Assembly (NCBI GenBank): GCA_963717145.1
Contig: OY970325.1
Coordinates: forward strand, 3,040,001-3,104,000
Direction: 5' to 3'
Source: an uncultured Armatimonadetes bacterium
GTDB taxonomy: Bacteria > Armatimonadota > UBA5829 > DTJY01
DNA length: 64,000 bases
This document shows positions 57,319 to 64,000 of the stretch, piece by piece. Numbering within the stretch: the first letter of the stretch is position 1; each line of letters begins with the position of its first letter. Made by a program: the position numbers and the translations under genes. Below the pieces are notes generated by a model. That model made no database searches. It was not told where the DNA came from and saw only the letters and a program-made list of their open reading frames with translations.

Positions 57319-57579
57319 ATGCGCAAGTATGTGATCCGAGGAGAAGGCAAGATCCTGCCGAATCATGAACTGGTGATCAAGGTTCCGGACGAGATCCCAG
57401 AGGGAGTCTACCCCTACTCGATCACCATCGAGCCTGTGCACAAGGAAACGGAGCAGGATCGCGCGAGAAGACGAACTGCGATTGCAGAGATGAAGGAGTT
57501 CGGAAAGGGCCGGAAGCTGGACGGACTCAGTATCCGAGAGATGATTGAGGATGGAAGAGAACCTGACGGCGGTCGTTGA
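57319..57579 (+). CDS. Small antitoxin-like protein
   Basis: RBS GAGG; C-terminal GLSIREMIEDGR resembles tails of VapC-associated antitoxins (recollection, weak). Confidence 0.5.
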   Translation: MRKYVIRGEGKILPNHELVIKVPDEIPEGVYPYSITIEPVHKETEQDRARRRTAIAEMKEFGKGRKLDGLSIREMIEDGREPDGGR

Positions 57580-57724
57580 GAAGCACGGGGAATGGTACGT
57601 GGCCTACATCAGGGAACTGCCCGGTGTGAACACCCAGGGCAGGACCGAAGAAGAGGCCCGCGCTAATCTGGACGATGCCCTGCGGGAGTTCCGCGCGGCC
57701 GACGTTGAGCAGACCAACACATAA
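57551..57724 (+). CDS. HicB-like antitoxin (short, RNase H-fold only)
   Basis: Manual translation: MEENLTAVVEKHGEWYVAYIRELPGVNTQGRTEEEARANLDDAL...; not in the ORF track. Confidence 0.8.
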   Translation: MEENLTAVVEKHGEWYVAYIRELPGVNTQGRTEEEARANLDDALREFRAADVEQTNT

Positions 57725-57748
57725 CGTCCAAACGAGGAGGTTTCAGGT

Positions 57749-58243
57749 ATGGTGTTACCGGATGTACTGGTGGAAGACCTCAGTGTGGTGTTCTGTGGCA
57801 CGGCAGTCGGACAGAGGTCGGCTGAGCGCAAAGCCTATTATGCAGGTCCGGGCAACCAGTTCTGGCCTACTCTGTGGGAAGTGGGTCTCACCCCCGTCAA
57901 GCTCCTGCCCGAGGAATATGCGATGTTGCCTCACTACGGGATCGGTCTTACCGATCTGGTAAAGATCAGTTCCGGCAGCGACCAATCTCTCATCAAGTCC
58001 CACTATGATGTTCCAGGATTCCGTGCCAAGATCGAGGCATACGCGCCAAGAGTAGTGGCTTTCAATGGCAAGAAGGCTGCAGAGACTGCGCTGGGCTGCA
58101 GTGTGGAGTACGGCAAGCAGTTAGCAGTGATCGGGACTTCAGAGGTGTGGGTGCTGCCGTCCACGTCCGGAGCAGCACGGGGGTTCTGGGATATCACGTA
58201 TTGGCAGCGACTGGCCGACTCACTTCAGAAAGGAAAGCCATGA
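57749..58243 (+). CDS. mug: Mismatch-specific DNA glycosylase (UDG family 2, MUG-like)
   Basis: VVFCG, YYAGPGNQFW, GIGLTDLVK, AFNGK, LPSTSG. Confidence 0.85.
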   Translation: MVLPDVLVEDLSVVFCGTAVGQRSAERKAYYAGPGNQFWPTLWEVGLTPVKLLPEEYAMLPHYGIGLTDLVKISSGSDQSLIKSHYDVPGFRAKIEAYAPRVVAFNGKKAAETALGCSVEYGKQLAVIGTSEVWVLPSTSGAARGFWDITYWQRLADSLQKGKP

Positions 58244-58983
58244 GTTCAGAATACAGAACCCCTGACTGGGAGACATACCGCATGGACGTCCGGCAGCCGC
58301 ACGAGACGCTGGAGCCGGTCGAGCGGGAGATCGAGGTCGTCGATGCGGCGCTTCGGGCACTCGTGGAGGCAGGCATCATCCCGCACGCTGAGTACGATCA
58401 TGGCAAGTTCCTCGCTCACCGGCAGGCCGTACGCGACCTCTTCGAGATCCCCTGGACCGCGATCACTCCCCGCATGCAGCGGCTGATCTGGGCGATCAAC
58501 GCGATCACCAGGCCGAACAACATGATCGCCGCCGGGATCTACTGCGGCAACACGTTCATCTCGAACGCGGGAGCGGCGGTCGGGCCGGGCGCGTGCTACA
58601 CCGCCGAGAACCTGATCGGCATCGAGATCGAGCCCGAGGAGGCCGAGCGCGCCGAGCGGAACGTCCGGCGCATCGACCCCACGGGAGTCGCCCGGATAGT
58701 CGCCGCCGACGCCGTGGATGTCGTCCGTGACTTCGATGGCCGGATCGACCTGCTCTACCTCGACGCCGACGGCGCGGGCGGCAGGGGCAAGGGAGTCTAC
58801 CTCGACATCCTCGAGGCGTGCATCAACCGCATCAGGCCGGGGAGCATCGTCCTCGCCCACAACAGCGTGAATGCCGCCGAGCGCCTCCAGTTCTACCTCG
58901 ACTTCGTCCGCGACACCGCCAACATGCAGGCGTCCGTCAACGTCGTCTTCGACCCAGAGGGACTCGAAGTCTCCGTCCGCTAA
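58240..58983 (+). CDS. Class I SAM-dependent methyltransferase-like protein
   Basis: GIYCG, IGIEI, AADA, IDLLYLDAD, PGSIVLAHN. Confidence 0.78.
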   Translation: MSSEYRTPDWETYRMDVRQPHETLEPVEREIEVVDAALRALVEAGIIPHAEYDHGKFLAHRQAVRDLFEIPWTAITPRMQRLIWAINAITRPNNMIAAGIYCGNTFISNAGAAVGPGACYTAENLIGIEIEPEEAERAERNVRRIDPTGVARIVAADAVDVVRDFDGRIDLLYLDADGAGGRGKGVYLDILEACINRIRPGSIVLAHNSVNAAERLQFYLDFVRDTANMQASVNVVFDPEGLEVSVR

Positions 58984-59027
58984 CAGCACATACGCCAATC
59001 CGGTATAATGGCGACGGAGGACGGACA

Positions 59028-61112
59028 ATGCTCAGATACTGGCTCCTCATACTCGCCATCGCGTCCTGTGCGATCGCATCCGCCGATGCACTGGATATCA
59101 AGCCCCCGATCCGCCATTTGTCGGACAAGTCGGGACCGGTCGGCAGGCGGATGCACTACCTGATGCTGCGTCAGTTCGGCGCCGATCTGCGGGAACAGCT
59201 CCCGAATTCCAGTCTGCCGCAGAAGTTCGTCAGCGCTCCCGACGGCACGCGGTATCGCGAACGCGATATCAGGCCGATCGTCTCACTGATCTCCGCGGGT
59301 GCGATCACGATGCGATACGGCGACTATGATCAGAAAGCGGCTGGGATATCACGTGAAGAGGCCGAGCGGGTTCTGGTCTCACTCATCCCTGATTTCGCCG
59401 CGCACCACGTGATCAACAACCCGGAGAAGAAGTCCTGGTGGTGGGGCGACGAATGGCAGTCGGCATTCTGGGCGGCTGAACTCGCCCGTGGCGCATGGAT
59501 TCTCCTCGACCGTCTCTCGCCTGAGACTCGCCGTGACGTCGCGCGGATGATCGAGTTCGAAGCCGACAGGTTCCTCGACGTCACCGCGCCGTTCAACGAG
59601 TTCCGGGATACCAAGGCGGAAGAGAACGCCTGGAACTCCCAGATCCTCGTCCTCGCGGCATGCATGCTCTCAGACCATCCGAATCGCGCCGGGTGGGAGA
59701 ACAAGGCCAGGGAGTATATGGTCACCGCCTTCGCCGCCCCGCAGGACCTGGGGCAGGACCGCATCATCGACGGCAAGCCGCTCAAGGACTGGCTCAGAGG
59801 GGCCAACCTCCACCGCGATTACACTCTCGAGAACCACAACATCTTTCACCTCGACTATCAGACTACATTCGGGCTGAGCGTGGCGAACGCCGTGGCCTAC
59901 GGACTCGCCGGACTCCCCGTGCCGGAATCCGCGCTGTTCAACGCGGCCAACTGCCGGGCCATCTCCGAGTTGTTCACGCTTCCCACCGGCTGCATGATGT
60001 ACCCCATGTCCACGGACTGGAGTCTGTACCGGAACGACGTCACCCTGCAGTCACAGAGCCCGGCGGGATTGCTCCCGGACCCCGTCGGCGCGCGGTGTCT
60101 GATCTGGGCGCTCGATTCCCTTCAGCGGGCGGACAAGCCGGGCCCGCCTCAGAACCTGTTCGGGTTCAGCTTCGAGTGCACGGGCCTGCACATCCTGTCC
60201 AACGCCTGGATGATCCACCGTCTGTATGGCGATGGAGCCGAGCCTGCGTCCCATGATGAGGCGCTCCGCCGTCTGAGCGGGACACGGCTCCTGCCGAACG
60301 GGCGCGTGATCGTCTGCCGCTCGATGAAGGGCATCGCCTCGTTCTCGTGGTTCAACACGGACAGGCAGTTCGGCGGGCTCGTCATGCCGATGTCGAGCGC
60401 CTACGCGACTACGGCCGGGGTACGGAGTCTGATCGGCACTATCGGCGGCAAGGTCGATCCCATCCGCATCGTCCGGCGGGAGATCGGTCCGATGTCCGGC
60501 GGCTTCTCCGTGGGGTTGAAGCTGGAGCGCGGGCCTGAGTATGCGGTGAAGGAACGCGTGATGATGCTTGCGCTCCCGGATGGGCGAGTCGTCTATGGCG
60601 AGTGGTTCGATCCCGCCACCGCGAAAGACGCGGGCGACATCCGAACCGGGCTGCTGTACGTGCAGGACAAACCCTTCTGGCTCGGGGACGACAAGCTGCG
60701 CATCGTGTATCCCCAGGGCATCTGGGAAGGCGATCCTGCCTCATGGGAGATGGATGGCGACAAGCTCCCATGGCTCAACATCGCCAACCGCCTCGGCATC
60801 GTCCTCCGGGGCGCGAAACGCATCAGCTACTCGGATCGCCAACTGGCCCTGAACAGCGTCAACGGCGGCGAATCCCCGGCTTGCATGATCGCCGTCTTCT
60901 ACCCCAACGCCGACCGGGATGCCACCATCCGGGCGAACGCCCAGGTCCGGGTTGAAACCCAAGCAGACGGATTGCTGCTCGTCGATCTCGGCGACACCGA
61001 GGTGATCTTCAATCCCACGGATCAGCCCGTAGACGTGACTCTCGACGGCGGATCAACCAGTCTCCGCCCCCTGCACGGCATGGCCGGGACGAAGTGCTCG
61101 ACACGCCGCTGA
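59028..61112 (+). CDS. Large secreted protein, possibly polysaccharide-lyase-like
   Basis: GGAGG RBS and signal peptide; WGDEWQSAFW, DTKAEENAW, ENHNIFHLDY in a helical N-half, beta-rich C-half. Confidence 0.65.
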   Translation: MLRYWLLILAIASCAIASADALDIKPPIRHLSDKSGPVGRRMHYLMLRQFGADLREQLPNSSLPQKFVSAPDGTRYRERDIRPIVSLISAGAITMRYGDYDQKAAGISREEAERVLVSLIPDFAAHHVINNPEKKSWWWGDEWQSAFWAAELARGAWILLDRLSPETRRDVARMIEFEADRFLDVTAPFNEFRDTKAEENAWNSQILVLAACMLSDHPNRAGWENKAREYMVTAFAAPQDLGQDRIIDGKPLKDWLRGANLHRDYTLENHNIFHLDYQTTFGLSVANAVAYGLAGLPVPESALFNAANCRAISELFTLPTGCMMYPMSTDWSLYRNDVTLQSQSPAGLLPDPVGARCLIWALDSLQRADKPGPPQNLFGFSFECTGLHILSNAWMIHRLYGDGAEPASHDEALRRLSGTRLLPNGRVIVCRSMKGIASFSWFNTDRQFGGLVMPMSSAYATTAGVRSLIGTIGGKVDPIRIVRREIGPMSGGFSVGLKLERGPEYAVKERVMMLALPDGRVVYGEWFDPATAKDAGDIRTGLLYVQDKPFWLGDDKLRIVYPQGIWEGDPASWEMDGDKLPWLNIANRLGIVLRGAKRISYSDRQLALNSVNGGESPACMIAVFYPNADRDATIRANAQVRVETQADGLLLVDLGDTEVIFNPTDQPVDVTLDGGSTSLRPLHGMAGTKCSTRR

Positions 61113-61286
61113 AGTACATCCGAACGCCGCAATAAGGGGCGAGACCTCGCTAGGGAAAAGGTGTCTGGCCCATGCCGTGCTCATTGCGGAAACCGCCCCT
61201 CTGGCAAGTGGTGGGGAAAACGAAGGAGAGGCTTATCACGTGAACCCGAAGGAAGGAACAGATATCTCTATGTCGAATGAGATAGC

Positions 61287-62568
61287 ATGTCCCGTTCTTT
61301 GATTTGCCAGGAGAAATACGGCGCGGGACGCCAACAGGGATCTATGAATGAGGTGCCGGTAGTGAGTTTGGTGCTTGAGCAGCTTTCGGATGACGCGGCC
61401 ATTGTCGAGCTCTGCAGTCGTTACTGGCAGCTAGATAGTGACGGGGGATTCGTATACAAAGTCAGTGAGCTACCGGTCCCGCCAGGGTACACGTATCGTG
61501 GAGTCGCCGGTTACGTGGCTGAGCATTGCCATGCCTATGACGTAGAGAACCTATGTCCCGAGTGTGGTAAAGGCAGGTTGCTCACGAGCCGCACTGACTA
61601 CCAGCAGCGGAAGTCCTGGCGTTTTGCTGCGCAATGTGATTCCTGCCGACATGCGCAGAAGGAACGAGACGCTGCTGCCGCTGAAGCTGCACTTGAGGCA
61701 AAGCGCCATGCAATTGAGCAGAGATTCGGGTCGATAGAGCATGCTCCTCTCAATCCGCACGAGGATCTGACTCTCAGGGAAGCTGTTGCGCTACTGGCCT
61801 TGTTCCGTAAGTGTGCATCGGAGGATCTGACTGTATTGCAGCCCTTGCGGCAAGTTTGTAGCACATTTGGCCCAACAGAAGAACTTGCGGTTGACCTAGT
61901 GAGATGCCTCTTCCACACCCGATGCATACATGTTCACCCCCAGTCACCGCCGTCCGCGTTTGCAGATGATCTTGAGAGTTTGGATCTCTTTGATGTCGCA
62001 TGGCTACCCCCCGTCCATCATTCGGGAGATCCCCGTGGTATCGTTACTGATCTGACCGCAATCTTCCGTAGTGGCGAGTGGCCTATCGAATGGTATGACG
62101 AGGAGACGCCTTTATGGCGTGAGATTGCCCTGCATGAATGTCTGCAATACCTGGGCATGTGCATGCACGAGCACGGCCTTGACCTTAGCCCAGGCGATAA
62201 GACGAAGCAGGTTTTGGCTACCCTACTGCATTCGTACTCGGTTGGTCAGATGTTTGTGTTCATCTGGCGTGCTGCCAAGGATGCGGCTGCATACTCGGTA
62301 AGAGATCGAGTTTCAAAGAGCCATGCAGCAAACACCGTAGTTGGGAGCATTCAGCGTTCTGCCGAACGAGCCTTAGCAGAGGGGTGGGAGATCAAGCCGT
62401 ATCGGCGTGATCGTCGTTTGCCTGAAGTCCATGTGTAGTCATATCCTGTATCACCTTGTCCTAGGTTTCGGAGACAGAGCGATAGAGTGTATTCCAGGCG
62501 ATATGTCACCAGCACTCCCAGAACTCGATGAGGTCTCCGATGATGCGAGAATCGATCCCACAGACTGA
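61287..62568 (+). CDS. Hypothetical zinc-finger protein; probable frameshift near 62425
   Basis: CPECG...CDSC; shifted frame continues SMCSHILYHLVLGFGD to TGA 62568; visibly less GC-rich. Confidence 0.65.
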
Positions 62569-62595
62569 CGTCAATCGCGCTGGGAGGACTGTACT

Positions 62596-63870
62596 ATGAA
62601 ACCCTGGATTCTTCCGGTCGTCTGCGCGGCAGCAGCAGGAGTTGCTACCTATATACTGATGATGCGCCTGAAACCAAGGCTAGATTCATGGAGCCCGCTC
62701 GGTCTCAAACTGACATTCAAAAAGAGGCCCATGCCGCCAACGACTCTGGCCAGTATGATGGCTATTGTGGTATTCTGCGCCCTGCTCTACTCACTGCAGT
62801 CACTATCTGGTGCCCCAGGACAGATGCAGCTCAGCAAGACAGTCGCACTTCTTGAGAAAGAGCTCCAGATAAAGAATACCCAGATTGAGTTCCTGCAGGA
62901 TCTGGTTACCCATGGGGGAGTAGTTCCATCCGACCGCGCTCGGCAATTGGCTGCAGAGATACCGGGGAACGCGGCCCCATACGCTCTCGGACTGAAGGCA
63001 ATCGCAGAGAGCCGCTTCGATGATGCAAGGAAGCTTCTCCGCGAGGCTATGGAAGACAGGGAAGCCAATCTGGCCAAGGTCTATAGTGCACTCGGATGGG
63101 TGGAATTATATGCAGGACGCTACCCGGAGTCTGCAGAGCATTACCTGAAAGCGCTGAGATTCTCGCCGGACGATTCGATACTGCTTGCCAACAGAGGGAC
63201 TGCTCTGCAATATGCAGGCCGATATGACGATGCTGAACCGCTCCTTAAGCGGGCGCTGAAGATTAGGGAGAGAGCCCTCGGGCCATATCATCCGGATGTA
63301 GCCACATGCCTCAACAACCTAGGATCGCTATACCACACTGAGGCCAGATATCGGGATGCCGAACCGCTTTACAAGCGGGCGCTGAGAATTTGGGAGAAAG
63401 CGCTCGGGCCATATCATCCGGATGTAGCCGCATGCCTCAACAACCTGGGAGAGCTCTATTCCAGGCAGGGAAGATATGAGGCCGCAGAACTATCATTGAG
63501 GCGGGCGCTGAGCATTGTAGAGAAGTCCCCCGAGCCGGATCTCCGAAATCTAGCCTTATCCCTCAGCAACCTAGGATCATTTTATCGAGAGCAAGATAGA
63601 TATCCAGATGCGGAACCCCTCCTTGAGCGTGCGCTGAGGATTCAGGAGAAAGCGCTCGGGCAAGATCACCCCGAGGTAGCCGTAAACATCACCGGCCTGG
63701 GAGCGCTTTACTATGAGCAGGGTAGATACGAAGATGCCGAGCTACTCTTGAGGCGTGCGCTGAGGATTCAGGAGAAAGCGCTCGGGCCAGATCATCCGGA
63801 TGTGGCCATATGCCTCAATGGCCTTGGAATGGTTTACAACGAAGAAGCTAGCAGCCTGTCCATGAAATAA
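62596..63870 (+). CDS. Membrane-anchored TPR protein (42-aa kinesin-light-chain-type repeats)
   Basis: Two TM segments; repeated AEPLxxRALxIxEKALGPxHPDVAxxLNNL. Confidence 0.9.
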   Translation: MKPWILPVVCAAAAGVATYILMMRLKPRLDSWSPLGLKLTFKKRPMPPTTLASMMAIVVFCALLYSLQSLSGAPGQMQLSKTVALLEKELQIKNTQIEFLQDLVTHGGVVPSDRARQLAAEIPGNAAPYALGLKAIAESRFDDARKLLREAMEDREANLAKVYSALGWVELYAGRYPESAEHYLKALRFSPDDSILLANRGTALQYAGRYDDAEPLLKRALKIRERALGPYHPDVATCLNNLGSLYHTEARYRDAEPLYKRALRIWEKALGPYHPDVAACLNNLGELYSRQGRYEAAELSLRRALSIVEKSPEPDLRNLALSLSNLGSFYREQDRYPDAEPLLERALRIQEKALGQDHPEVAVNITGLGALYYEQGRYEDAELLLRRALRIQEKALGPDHPDVAICLNGLGMVYNEEASSLSMK

Positions 63871-64000
63871 CCTCTGGCGCAAGGTGCCAGGTATGTAGTA
63901 AAATACGGGTATGAGCAAGCCATACCTTCCTTATCAACCTGACCAGATATTGCTGTTGCCGCCCTTGATGTCGGAGTGGCTGCCCGAGGGACATCTCGCA

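Overview
GC-rich bacterial chromosomal window with about 55 CDS, tRNA-Arg(CCG), a 6S RNA and one intact IS3 element. Core genes include rluD, lgt, lspA, mtaB, tsaD, rimI, hisS, aspS, rarA, mnmA and alr. Outer-membrane markers (TonB-ExbBD, a TonB-dependent receptor, PEP-CTERM) sit beside Firmicutes-like ones (ytxG/ytxH-rsbV-rsbW-sigB, FemABX, hisS-aspS-6S-rarA-mnmA order). This suggests a diderm Terrabacterium such as Armatimonadota (inference only). Main leads: (1) a perfect 46-bp-arm palindrome translated in frame inside alanine racemase, one of many dispersed palindromes and 6-9-mer repeats, some of which supply stop codons and ribosome-binding sites; (2) a multi-GAF kinase and sigma-54 activator beside a REC-YcgR-PilZ fusion and a PEP-CTERM gene, with three -24/-12 promoters visible; (3) a candidate pseudoknotted RNA in the PEP-CTERM 3' UTR; (4) an ECF sigma/anti-sigma-ExbBD-TonB cluster with a Cys-rich TonB, whose promoter motif recurs before one of two paralogous secreted STN-like proteins. 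At least seven single-base frameshifts, one in aspS, look like consensus errors. All calls were made by eye; no database searches were run.
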